A DNA stretch of 64,000 nt from Lama guanicoe (lineage: Eukaryota): positions 3,428,399-3,492,398 of the forward strand of contig MU053934.1 of NCBI GenBank assembly GCA_013239625.1, read 5' to 3'. The position numbers and the translations under genes are program-made. Below the pieces are notes generated by a model that did no database searches, was not told the DNA's origin, and saw only the letters and a program-made list of their open reading frames with translations. Below, in pieces: positions 24,701-36,100 of the stretch (the first letter of the stretch is position 1; each line of letters starts with the position of its first letter).

Positions 24701-27700
24701 CCCCCGCCTGCCCTCTCTCCTGCCTCAGGGCCTCTTCCGTCTGGCCGCTGGAGCCTCCGTGCTGAAACGCCTCAAGCAGATGATGGCCTCGGACCCCCGC
24801 AGCCTGCAGGAGTTCTGCTCGGACCCCCACGCCGTGGCAGGTGCCTGCTCCGAGGAGCCCTGGTGGAGGGCCTTCCCCCCGATCCCTTCCCTGAAGCTGC
24901 CTGGAGTGATCCATGATACATTTGGCTTAAGGCCTGATAATCTGTTGAGAAGACATCTGAGGAGATGTAGGGGTCCTTAACATGAGGTCCACAATGAGCC
25001 CCCTGGAATGTGTGTACAAGATTTTTTGAGGGACAAGATCACTAAGTTCCATCATTTTCTCAAGAGTCTGTGGCCCAGAGAAATGATCAGACCTAGACAC
25101 GTTAGTGTAAACAAGGGCTGGAGGTTTCTAACATGGAGAGAGCCGGGTCCTGGGGGTAGTGGTGGGGACTTGGTGGGCTTAGTCTGAGCCCCCGCCACCA
25201 CTCCAGGTGCCCTCAAGTCCTATCTGCGGGAGCTGCCAGAGCCACTGATGACCTTTGACCTCTATGACGATTGGATGAGGGCAGCCAGGTGAGGATGGGG
25301 GCCGGTGCAGGGGAGGACAAGGCTGCCGAGGGGGCCTCTCTGGGCTGGCTCACCAGGCCTCTCCCCTTCCCAGCCTGAAGGAGCCAGGAGCCCGGCTGGA
25401 GGCCCTCCAGGAGGTATGCAGCCGCCTGCCCCGCGAGAACTTCAGTAACCTCAGGTGAGCCCCCGGCCCATCCCATTGGCCTCCCCGAAGCCAGGGCCCA
25501 GCTGGCATTTCAGGGCCCTGGGTTTGAGTCCTGCCCCCTTATCCTAAGCAATATATCTGAAAACACAGCTTTGACGTAGTAGCCATATTTATGCGAGACA
25601 CTGGACTAAACACACACCTTGAACCTTGAAGCCACACCACCTGGCTTCAAATCCCACCTCAGCCTCTGCTGTGCTCCTGGGCCAGCAACTTAACCTCTCT
25701 GTGCCTCAGCACCCTCATGTGGAAGACATGGAGCATGACAGCCCCTACTCCGTAGAGTGTCCGGGAGGTTCTCAACTTAGTGCCTGACACGTAGGTGATG
25801 CTCAGTAGGTCAACTGATGTAACTGTTAAACTTCAAAACACATCCTTTGTGGGATCTGTGCCACTCTTTGGAAATCCCGGGCTGGGAAAGTCTCAGGTTT
25901 TGGAGGCATCCATGGGTGTTTGTGGCCCCAGATGCCCTGCCCCTGGCCCAAGCCCCCCTCCCACCCCAACCAGGTACCTGATGAAGTTCCTGGCACGGCT
26001 GGCAGAGGAGCAGGAGGTGAACAGGATGACACCCAGCAACATCGCCATTGTCCTGGGGCCCAACCTGCTGTGGCCCCCTGAGAAGGAAGGGTGAGGGGCA
26101 CGGGTTGGGGGAAGGGGACAGCCCCAGCCCACCCCACCCAAACATCTGCTTATTCCCCGCTGGGCCTCAGGTTCCCCATCCTTTGAGTGGGTTGAGCAGC
26201 TCGTTTTGTCAAGGCTGCTGTGAGGAACAGCCCGAAGGGATCACAGACCCCACAGGGCTTTGGAGATAGGCATTCTGGGTAATGGTAGTAATGGGGTGCT
26301 TAGCAGTCTGTTGCTGGGGGCTGGGAGCCCAGATGTCTGGTTCTAGCCCCACCCCTGCACCTTCTAGAGATGGGCCTTAGGAAGACACTGTAGACCTTCA
26401 TCTGTAAATTGGAGAGAAATTATACAAATGTCGAGGATCTGTGCTTTGGGAATTAGATGAGATAATGAATGGAGAAATGTTTTGTAAACTGTAAAGTACT
26501 GTGGAACGTGAGGGGTTGTTATTCACCCAGCCGGGAAGGCAAAAAGAATTCGTTCATTTGCTGAGTGCAGTTAGTTGCTGAGGCTGCTTAGATCCAAGAT
26601 CTGTGAGGACAGTGGCGCCATGACTGTCTGGTGATGTCTGTTGTGGGTGAAGGAAGGGGAAAATTTGGCGTGTGACTGACACATTTGCCATACACTGGTG
26701 GTCTGGGAGTGTTTTGAGAAAAGGACTTGATGTGATTGATGTACGTAGCACAGGGCCAGAGTTGGGGCCACTAGACCTTGCTAAATGATGACTCACTTTT
26801 GCTCTCTTTTTGTCCCAGGGACCCAGCCCAGCTGGATGCAGCCTCTGTGTCGTCCATCCAGGTGGTGGGCGTGGTCGAGGCTCTGATACAGAACGCAGAC
26901 ACCCTCTTCCCTGGAGGTAAAGCTCCCACCTTTGTGAATCCTGTGCCCTCATCTGCCGAGTTTGGTAGCATCCAGACTTTAGTCCCTGGCAGCCCCCTCC
27001 ACTCTGAGCCTCAGTTTTTCATCTGTAAAATGGGGATGAACATGCCTGCTTTGTAGGATTGTTGTGAGGCCCATGTGGGAGTGAGAAGGCAAAACACAGT
27101 CCAGATAGCATCAGGGGAAAGGAAAAATGGTCCCATCATGGGCTGAGTGGGATAAGGCTGGCGGAAGTTCTGCAAGTTACGGCCTGCTCCTTTCTATCCG
27201 CAGATATCAACTTCAACGTGTCAGGCTTATTCTCAGTGCCTACTCCCCAGGACAAGGTCAGTGACAGGCCGGCTTCTGAGGAGCTTCCATCAGTTGCCAT
27301 GCCCACCCCAGCCGTTGTCCCATCTCCAGCTCCGACCCCGGCCCCAGTGGCTGCCAAGGAAAGGTAAGGACTGACGTATGAATGGCCCCACAATGCCCAG
27401 GCTGAGGCACCATCTCCCAGGGCGTCCAACAGCATTTTAGGAAAAACAATTACTGTATTTTCATCCCAAATGCTAGGTTTCCCAGTTTGGAGTGGGTGGG
27501 GTGGAAACAGACATACTCCTCTCAGCCACTGCTATGTTCCCTGCGGGGTTACATGGCTCTTTGCTGTGCACCTACTATGTGCCAGGCACTGTTTCAGGCC
27601 CTAAGATTTAGGAAACTAGGGAGCTGGTCATTTTGGAATTTGTAAATACTGTACTTTCCAGTCCTCTCTTTGATGCTTTACATCGGAGGGGCTGTGTGCT

Positions 27701-30700
27701 ACCATGTTGCCCTCAACCAAGTGGGGATTGTTCAGTTATCACAGACTGCTGGGGTCCAAAACTGAATTTCCTCAAATGAGTAACACAGATGAATACAACC
27801 CTTAGAACTTGCATTCCACAGGGTGGGGAGAGAGAATCAACCAGCATGAATAGAGGCACGATCTAACATCAGGCGGTGATGTGTGCTACATGGGAAGATA
27901 GAGTAGGGAGCTGCATGAGCCATGGGGTCAGGAACGGCCTCCCTGAGGATCAGCCAATGGAGCAGAGCCAGAGATGAGCCATGGCCTCCTCCTCTGCTTC
28001 TTGTCCAGTCTCTGGCTTCTCTCGTGGCCGGAACCTCCCATAAAGATCATGTAGACCCTGAGAGCTGAGTCAGAGGGGAGCTCCAGTGTTCTACCCCCTA
28101 TCCTGGCCACACAGGGGACCACGGACCCTGTCTCAGTGCCACACAGCAGCCAGGCCTCAATGGATGCAAACTCCGGCCAACACCAGAAGCATCTCTTCAG
28201 GGAGGCCCAGCCTAGGGACAGATCCCAGGCCCGGCCACAAGGTGGTGGAGGTGGGGACAAGTCCTGGGAAGATCCAAATTCAGCCTGTTGGCTGGGAGCC
28301 TCCCCACAACTCCAGGAGACCTCTGGGAGATGGCCAGGGCTGACCTTGACCCTCCTCTTCCTTCTCAGGGCAGAGTCCGAGACACCCCTCAGACCAGCCT
28401 CCCCCAAGTTCAGTAGGAGCCCCCCGGAGGCAGGAGCCCCAGCAGAGGACACAGCTCGGAAGAGTAAGTTGGCTGTGGGAGGAACGGGGGTGCAGAGGGT
28501 GGGCAGGGAGAGGGGGCGGGCCATTTCCCATGTTTTCGGACAGCCGAGGGAAGCCAGGAATCCAGGTAGCTAAGAACCTAGGTTTGCTGCCTGATGCTCT
28601 GGGCTCAGATTCCAGCTCTGTGACCTTGGGCAGGTGACTTCACCTGTCTGCACCTCAGCTGCCTCCTCTGTGTAATGGGACAGTAACTACAACTACCATG
28701 GAGGGCTTTTCGGAGAATGAAACGATGCCGCCTGGCCCATAGCCAGCACACAGTCCATGCTCGATAAAGGTCAGCGGTCGCGAGCGTTAGTGGCAGTGGA
28801 GTCCAGTCCCTCCAGAAGCCCAGAGATCATAGAGTGAAGAGGGAAGATGGGGTCTCCAAAGGGCTGTGATGGAGAGCGGTGGTGGTGGTGGTGGTGGTGG
28901 TGGTGGTGGTGGTGGTGAAGTGGCCTCCTTCTGAGCCTCTTTGGTGCACTCAGCTGTGGAGGTGGCCTAAAGCCAGGCGGTTTCAGGTGGAGAGTCTTCA
29001 AGGGCAACTAGGACACTTGGGATGCCCAGCCCAGGAGGCTGTAGACTTTTCCACCTGGGTATATAGGGTAGATCTGGGAATAGATGGGACAGCGGCAGGG
29101 GCCTCTGGACCAGCGTGTGCTGGGAGGTCACGCAAGGGCCTTCCTACAGGTGGGGCTTCTAGCCACCTTTCCTGGGTGGGGGGCAAGCAGGATGTTTGCT
29201 CACTGGAGCACAAGTCAAACGGCTGTCACAGCATCACCTGCGCTGGTCCTCTTGTCAGCCCTGGGAAGTCAAGGCTGCATCCCATCTCACTGGTTAGGAA
29301 ACTGAGACCACAGGGGCTCAAGTCCCTCCAGTGGGTAGAGATAGAGCTAGGACCAGAGTCCAGATGTCCTGGCCCCACCCCGCCTGTCGGCTGCCTCCCC
29401 AGGTTGGACTCTGCAGGGGGATCTGAACGCTGGACTGGGGGAGTTTCTGGTGGGCTTCTGAGAGGAGGTGAGCAGGACCAGGGTGTCAGGGGGAACAGGC
29501 CTCATTTCTTTATTCAACAAATATGTACTGAACTACTCCATGCCGGCCACGCGCTGTGCTGGCCAGCTGCACATACGATGGCCTCACTTTGTTTACATTC
29601 TACTCGGGTAGACAAGCAATAGTCCAGCAAAATTAAAATTGACAAGATCATTTCAGAGCTCAAGAAGTCCCAAGAAGAAAAGATGACTGGAAAATATGAC
29701 AGGAACTGGGGCAGGGCTGAGGAGGGGTCCTGTAGCTCAGAGGGTGGAGAGCAGTGGACAGAGGCCCGAATGGTGAGAATCCAGCAGGGAAGCTGTTCCC
29801 GGCAGAGGGAACAGCAGATACCAAGATGAGGTGGCATGGAGCTTGGGGATTTGCCAGAGGCAGTGTGGACGCCTAATTAATTAACCCTTTCCTTCCTCCA
29901 CAGCCAAACGCCCAGCGCCAGCCAGGCCCACCATGCCGCCCCCTCAGGTCTCCAGCACCCGCTGCACCCCTCCAGCCTCAGCCCCACCCCCTGGCTCTGG
30001 CAGCCCTGTGACCCCCAGCGCTCTGCCCCGCCGTCTGGTTGGTAGCACCCTCCGGGCCCCCANNNNNNNNNNNNNNNNNNNNNNNNNNNNNNNNNNNNNN
30101 NNNNNNNNNNNNNNNNNNNNNNNNNNNNNNNNNNNNNNNNNNNNNNNNNNNNNNNNNNNNNNNNNNNNNNNNNNNNNNNNNNNNNNNNNNNNNNNNNNNN
30201 NNNNNNNNNNNNNNNNNNNNNNNNNNNNNNNNNNNNNNNNNNNNNNNNNNNNNNNNNNNNNNNNNNNNNNNNNNNNNNNNNNNNNNNNNNNNNNNNNNNN
30301 NNNNNNNNNNNNNNNNNNNNNNNNNNNNNNNNNNNNNNNNNNNNNNNNNNNNNNNNNNNNNNNNNNNNNNNNNNNNNNNNNNNNNNNNNNNNNNNNNNNN
30401 NNNNNNNNNNNNNNNNNNNNNNNNNNNNNNNTAGCAACCTCCGGGCCCCCACGGTGCCACCCCCATTACCCCCCACTGCCCCCCAGCCTGCCCGGCGCCA
30501 GAGCTGGCCCTCACTAGCCTCCCCCAGCCCAGCCTCCCCAGGTCCAGCCTCCCCCAGCGGAGTCTCTCTGAGCATGCCTGCAGATGTGGACCTGGGGGCT
30601 GCCACAGAGGAGGGAGGGGCCCCTGAGGCAGTAGGCAGGGCCCCCACTCCCCCAGTTATCCCCCCTCAGCCCCGGCCCAGGAGCCTTGCCTCAGAGACCG

Positions 30701-30705
30701 ACTGA
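18599..30705 (+). CDS. SH3BP1: SH3 domain-binding protein 1 (N-BAR + RhoGAP + Pro-rich tail); 18 coding exons, 693 aa if the gap is collapsed
   Basis: Exons 18599-18657, 19808-19850, 20089-20193, 21322-21398, 21665-21776, 21859-21935, 22425-22569, 23114-23182, 23332-23422, 23847-23992, 24729-24840, 25207-25288, 25374-25454, 25974-26090, 26819-26916, 27204-27363, 28369-28463, 29904-30705 (TGA; interrupted by an N gap). Starts MMKRQLHRMRQLAHTGSLGR; RhoGAP motifs EEGLFRLAAGASVLK (arginine finger), ALKSYLRELPEPL and NRMTPSNIAIVLGPNLLW; ends PRPRSLASETD. Confidence 0.96.
20565..20790 (-). mobile_element. MIR SINE
   Basis: ACAGAGGAGGAAATGGAAGCAGAGAGGTAAAGTGACTCACTCAAGGTCACACAGCTAGTAAGTGGC...GATTTGAACCC. 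Confidence 0.75.
25600..25810 (+). mobile_element. MIR SINE
   Basis: CCTGGCTTCAAATCCC...AACTTAACCTCTCTGTGCCTCAG...GTGCCTGACACGTAGG. Confidence 0.65.
28878..28916. repeat. (GGT)13 microsatellite in SH3BP1 intron 17
   Basis: 13 perfect GGT units. Confidence 0.95.
30063..30431. other. Assembly gap (369 N) inside the SH3BP1 last exon
   Basis: Run of N; the two flanks share a 20-bp near-identical overlap. Confidence 0.98.
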
Positions 30706-31047
30706 GCTGGCAGCTCCTCCCTCACAGCCCTTAGCATCCCTTCCTCCCCACCTTGTCCTCCCAGGACACAGCCCTCACCCCTCCCAAGGGGATGGGGGGC
30801 CTCCAGCCTTTGCCTACAAGTGCCTCGGTGCCCGCTGGGTTGGCCCCCATGGCAAGGGGGACTCAGAACAGTCCTCCGCTTCTAGACTTTGTCCTCTTGG
30901 ATCCACTCTGGGCTTGGGGGTCCCCTCAGCCAACTCCCCACTCCCTGGCAGGGTCCCAGGGGAGCCGCTGGAAGGAAGGAGAGGCTCACCTACTCCTACA
31001 GGACTTTAATTTTTCTCTTGCCAATATATTTTTTTGTAAGGCTGGTA

Positions 31048-31117
31048 AATAAATTATTTTGGACAAAACTGGAGCAGCTGCCCAAATGATAGTTTTATTT
31101 TCTGTCCTTGAAATAAA
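31048..31117 (+). terminator. SH3BP1 tandem polyadenylation signals
   Basis: AATAAA at 31048-31053 and 31112-31117, with T-rich downstream sequence. Confidence 0.75.
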
Positions 31118-31189
31118 GAAGACACTTTCATAAAGGAGAAAAAATTACCTATTCTTTGCCTCCTTTCTTTTTCGTGTCTGAAATTATAA

Positions 31190-31390
31190 CAGCCAACATT
31201 TTCAGTGCTTACTCTGTGCTTCAACACTATGCTTTTCTCTGCATAATTTCCATTTAATCCTCTTCCCCTGGAGTAAATCCCATTATCTCTTAGAGGTGAG
31301 GAGACTGAGGCTCAGAAAGTGACCTACCAAGGTCACATGGCAAGTGAGTCATGGACCTGGCCCAGGTCTGCCTGATTCCAGAGCCTGGAC
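31190..31390 (-). mobile_element. MIR SINE
   Basis: CATTTAATCCTC...GAGGAGACTGAGGCTCAGAAAGTGACCTACCAAGGTCACATGGC...GGTCTGCCTGATTCCAGAGCC. Confidence 0.7.
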
Positions 31391-31837
31391 TTGGCCCTCA
31401 CATCCTGAGCAATTTCTTTAACTTCTTGGATTTTCCATTTCCTCACCTGTGAAACCGTTTAACAACTTCCACCATGGAAGCGTTATTCTGAGGACTGAAT
31501 GAGACACTCTGGTAAAGACCGAACCACCACCGTTGCACACAGAAGTGCCTTATAAGGGCTGCCTGCTGTTGATAATGTCCCCCCAACCTGCAGCGTCCCC
31601 TGTCCTGGAGAAGGCAGTGAAGCCTCTCCTGGGGAGCAGGGATGGATCTGTCTGCAAACATTCCCTGAGGCTGCTCTGTGCCAGACTCGGCTAGGTCCCA
31701 AAGCAGCCATACACCCAAGACAATTAGCATCAAGTGTCATGGCACTGGGAACCATTAGCCAGTTAGGGGCAAGCCACTTAACCCAGACTGGTGTGTGTGT
31801 GTGTCTATGGAGGGTGGCCATCAAGAAGGCTTCCTGG

Positions 31838-31930
31838 GGGGAAGGGAGGGAGGGTATAGCTCAAATGGTAGAATGCATGCTTAGCATGCACAAGGTCCTG
31901 AGTTCAATCCTCAGGACCTCCTTAAAAAAA
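31838..31930 (+). mobile_element. tRNA-Ala-derived SINE (camelid type, short form) with target-site duplication
   Basis: GGGAGGGTATAGCTCAAATGGTAGAATGCATGCTTAGCATGCACAAGGTCCTGAGTTCAATCCTCAGGACCTCC plus A tail; flanked by AAGGCTTCCTGG (31826-31837) and AAGTCTTCCTGG (31931-31942). Confidence 0.85.
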
Positions 31931-32319
31931 AAGTCTTCCTGGAGGAGGTGATATCGAGGAGGAGTCTTTCAGGAGCTGGCCAGGTGAAAAAAAGGGAAGA
32001 AAGAACATTACAAGCCAAGAAGACAACTTATGCAAAGGCCAGGAACAAAACCCAGGGCACTGGAGAAGAGAAAATAGCCCCAGAGACTGACTGATAGGGT
32101 GTGGCTTTTCCCAGGTCTTCGAAGCTCCAGTTGCTCCTGGGGAGTCAGACAGGTCTTCAGGGTCTCAGAGGTTGAGAGACAAGCACAAAATTGTGACACA
32201 TCCCTCCCCAAGTGGGGACTTAGGTAGTCAGATCCATCACTGCCCTGGGCAACTGGCCACTACTGCTCTGTCTCCTTCTCTCTCCAGAGTCCTCAGGGGA
32301 CAGGCTGCCTCTAGCCCAG

Positions 32320-32582
32320 TGCCTCTCTGTTCTGGCCTCACAGTAGAATCTTTTGGTAATTAAAAAACAAAGAAATCCAAAACTGCCAGGGCTCACCCAA
32401 AACAATTAAATTAGAATCTCTGGGGTCCTGCCGCACTTCGGTATTTTTAAAACACGTTTATCAAAAGTTATTGAATTGTATGTTTAAGATCTATGCATCC
32501 TATTTTATGTAAATTATATCTAAAAAAAAAAATCCGTTCCCCAAGGAACCCTACTGCACAGCAAGGGTGGAGAACTACTGGT
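32320..32582. mobile_element. MER5-family hAT remnant interrupted by an L1 3' tail
   Basis: AATTAAATTAGAATCTCTGGGG and terminal GGAGAACTACTG flank an L1-like TTATGTAAATTATATCT(A)n segment (~32455-32532). Confidence 0.5.
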
Positions 32583-32749
32583 CTAGGCCAGGGGCTCCAG
32601 CATCCGAGAGGACACCGTGAGCCTCTCTCCCCGTCACGCTTCTCAGGACCTCTCTCGGAACTGGAGCATCCACGGTTCAAAGGGTAAAGAGATTTTACCC
32701 AAACATGACATTTCCTCTAGTATCTGTTTTCCTCCCAGCAACCAGCTAC

Positions 32750-33147
32750 CTTAAGCTTTTGATTGGCTGAGGAACGCAGGGCGGCTATTCGCGCTATGTT
32801 TTCGATTCGAAACTCCTTATTGGCCCAAAAGAACGTCAGTCTCCCAGCCTCCCACCCCTGCAAGAGGCTAGTTGGGGCTAAAGCTCCGTGGCGACTGGCC
32901 CAGCAGAGCTAAGGGGCGGGGCCTTCCCTCTGTGGCGGCCGCGATTCTGCCCTTTTCTCCGGGCTTGGTTAGCGCTCCTCCCCGAGACTCTCGCCCCCAC
33001 TGGCCGCGGGCCAGGCATGACCCCGCCCCCTGGCCCTTCCGGCGCGCCGATTGGCAAGTGCCGGGGCCCGAACGGCTGCGGGAGAGCGCGCCGTGCCCGC
33101 GGAAAGAGAGCAGCGCGGTGCGGGCGTGCGGGCAGCCAGCCGGCTGC
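32750..33147 (+). promoter_or_regulatory. PDXP CpG-island promoter
   Basis: Inverted CCAAT boxes (ATTGG at 32762, 32819, 33050), GC boxes (GGGGCGGGG near 32913, CCCCGCCCC near 33021); high CpG continues through exon 1. Confidence 0.8.
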
Positions 33148-36100
33148 ATGGCGCGCTGCGAGCGGCTGTGCGGCGCGGCCCTGCGCGACGTGCTGGGCCG
33201 GGCGCAGGGGATCTTGTTCGACTGTGACGGGGTGCTGTGGAACGGCGAGCGCGCCGTGCCGGGCGCCCCGGAGCTGCTGGAGCGGCTGGCGCGGGCTGGC
33301 AAGGCGGCGCTATTCGTGAGCAACAACAGCCGGCGCACGCGGCCCGAGCTGGCTCTCCGCTTCGCGCGCCTCGGCTTCGGTGGACTGCGCACCGAGCAGC
33401 TCTTCAGCTCGGCCGTGTGCGCCGCGCGCTTGCTGCGCCAGCGCCTGCTTGGGCCGCCAGACGCGCAGGGCGCGGTGTTCGTGCTGGGAGGCGAGGGGCT
33501 GCAGGCCGAGCTGCGTGCGGCGGGGCTGCGCCTGGCGGGGGACCCCGGCGAGGACCCGGGCGCGGCCCCGCGCGTGCGCGCCGTGCTGGTGGGCTACGAC
33601 GAGCACTTCTCCTTCGCCAAGCTGAGCGAGGCCTGCGCGCACTTGCGCGACCCCGACTGCCTGCTGGTGGCCACCGACCGCGACCCGTGGCACCCACTCA
33701 GCGACGGCAGCCGGACCCCCGGTGAGCACGGGACTGGCGTGGAAACTGAGCTGGGGGGCGGCCTGCGCTGTCGCCTCCATGCCTGGGAGTGCGGGGCAGG
33801 GAAAGGGCGCCTCCAGGTGACAGGTGGGGAACAGGACGGAGGTAGGGAGGTCCCCATCCAGCAAGAGCCCAGGATGCTTTTGTGTCTTCTCATGGTAATT
33901 CTTGTAGTCGCCACCCTGTTGAGGGGCGGCAGTGGGGACTATTTGACAGATGAGGAAACTGAGGCCCATTGTGGCTCAGGGAGTTGCAGGTGGAATCCAG
34001 GGCCTGAACTTGCAACCCTAGCCTTCCTGAACCAGCCTCAAGGACTACTGTCATTTTGCCCCACCTGCCATAGGGGTGAGGTCGGAGAGTTGCGGACAAA
34101 GCCTGGAAGGATTGTCCCCCTGTTGGAGGGTTGGAACAGCATTCCCAGTGGCAGGTTGAAGACAGGTGTGCGGGGAGCAGGGCACACAGGAGGTGGGTGG
34201 AGTTTGGCCTGAGTTCCAGTTCCAGCTCCAGGGCTCTGTAATCTCGCTAAATTACATAACCTTGGAGCATCTCTGCCCTGGGTTTAAAATGGGAATACTA
34301 ACCGTGCTAGTTTCGATGAGGAGAGAGTGACCAGGGTGAGTGCCTGGTTCTCAGATGATGTTGTATCTGAGCTCTCTCATGTTACAGAGATTTATGAAGC
34401 ACCTTAGTGTCTGTTATTTAGTTTCAAAATTACTCTGGAGATGGAAGTTACTGTCCCATTTCTCAGTTAAAGAAACAGGCTGAGAGAGGAAGTGAGCTGC
34501 CCAAGATCAAGAGGAACTGAACGTGGCTCTTGAGGCCATCTGACCCCCAACCCATAAACCCCACCCTCTCCATCCAAGGCCCTCTTCACTGCTGGTTAAC
34601 AGTGGGTATCTGGGTATTCACGTCTGCAAAGGAGGCAGGAGCAAGTGAGGCTCCTACATCTTGAAGGGTTCAAGTTAGACAAGAGTAGATTGTAGTAGAG
34701 GGTAACTGACAGTAGTGTGTGTGGACAGCTAGTCAATAGGCTGAGGGCAGAGACAGAACTCCATCACTCCCTCCCTGCTGGCTACTGACTCAATTGATAC
34801 CAGATCCTGGGAGGGCAAGATGGAATTGATTGAGGAGTAGACACATTGTTATGATGGGGCCTCAAGGAGGGCCTAGGCCTGAGATCATCTAGGAAGGCTT
34901 CCTGGAGGAGGCATCTTGCAGGACAGGGCACTAGGGGTGGAACAGGTTTTGGGCCATGGCAGAACCAGGCTGGGAATCTTACTGTTCTAGGCCTGTCTTA
35001 GCTTTACTGCAGACTTACTTGCTGCATGACCACTTCAGTCTCAGTTTCGCCATAAGTCCAAGGTAAGGGCATTGCTCAGGGCTCCCAGCTGCAGGAGCTC
35101 CTGCCTGCCCTAGGCCATGCTATGAAAAGTGAGGTTCTCTGGAGGCCTCAAAGCTCAGATTAAGGCTGTGGGTTAAGAAGCTCTCCTAGGGGCTCAGGAA
35201 GAATAGTGTGGAGGAGCTGGGGAGAGACCAGGCCCTGTCCATTGCAGCCCCTTGGGTCTCAGCACCCACCTGGCTGTGCCCACCAGCTCTGCTGGTCACT
35301 CCCACAGCCAAGAGGGGGAGGCAGAGCTTAACAAATACAGCGCTGCTGTCCTGTTTGTGCACAACTGAATCATACAGCTCTGAAAGTGGAATGAAAATAT
35401 TAATAAAGGCCCCAGTATGCATAAAATCTGAAATAATGCAAATCTCTCATCCCAGTTCCCCCTCCACTGTCCCTATGGGTCTCTTAAATTGTGTGTTTAC
35501 CTTGTTACCATGTGGCAGCCACTTGAGCTGGCAAACAGAAATGCCTGCTGTCTTAGGAATACGTCACCAGCAAAACATATGCCAGCCTTGACATGACAGG
35601 ATGTTGAGAGGAGTGGGATGTGGTGGTCTGAGGACAGAGTTATGTTCATAGACTCCCCTGCTTGGATGCTTGCTCCCCCAGGATACGGATCTTTGTTTCA
35701 TTCATTGCTCTATCCCCAGTGCCTAGCACGGTGCCTGGCATATAACTGGGCCTCAGTAAATCCTGGCTGAGTGAGTGAGGTAGGACATGGGGACCAAGAG
35801 TGATGAGCTCTATCCTGGTGGGAAAGGAAGCTGCTGACAGAGCTACCATTCTTGAGCCAAGAAAATTGCTTTGGACTTGAACCCTTCCCATCCTGGAAGG
35901 AATTTCTAACAGAGCAAATGGTTCTTCTTCCCTACCCAGTTCTCAGGAAAACAAGCTGTCAAGTTCTAGGTCACAGGTCAGGGAGACCTTCCCAGCGGGA
36001 TTGCTGTGGACTGGCTCTGCCCTGATCCTTGGTATGTTTTTCCTCCTCTGGGAGCTGCGGGCAAAGGATTCTTGCTGTCTGCACATCCCCTGTGCCTTTG

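Noticed and set aside
28879..29622. 247-aa ORF with poly-Val start (poly-His on the opposite strand)
   Set aside because: Produced by the (GGT)13 repeat, with a GTG start, intronic location and MIR sequence inside.
29877..30647. Long ORFs spanning the N run
   Set aside because: Artefacts of translating N.
31848..31921. tRNA-Ala(AGC) gene
   Set aside because: Imperfect stems, an A tail, a target-site duplication and a related copy at 2501-2654 indicate a SINE.
32872..33147. 92-aa N-terminal extension of PDXP
   Set aside because: Non-ATG start running through CCAAT and GC promoter elements; stop-poor GC-rich DNA explains the open frame.
32868..33969. Antisense and alternative-frame ORFs over PDXP exon 1
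   Set aside because: Shadow ORFs of a very GC-rich exon with no recognisable domain.
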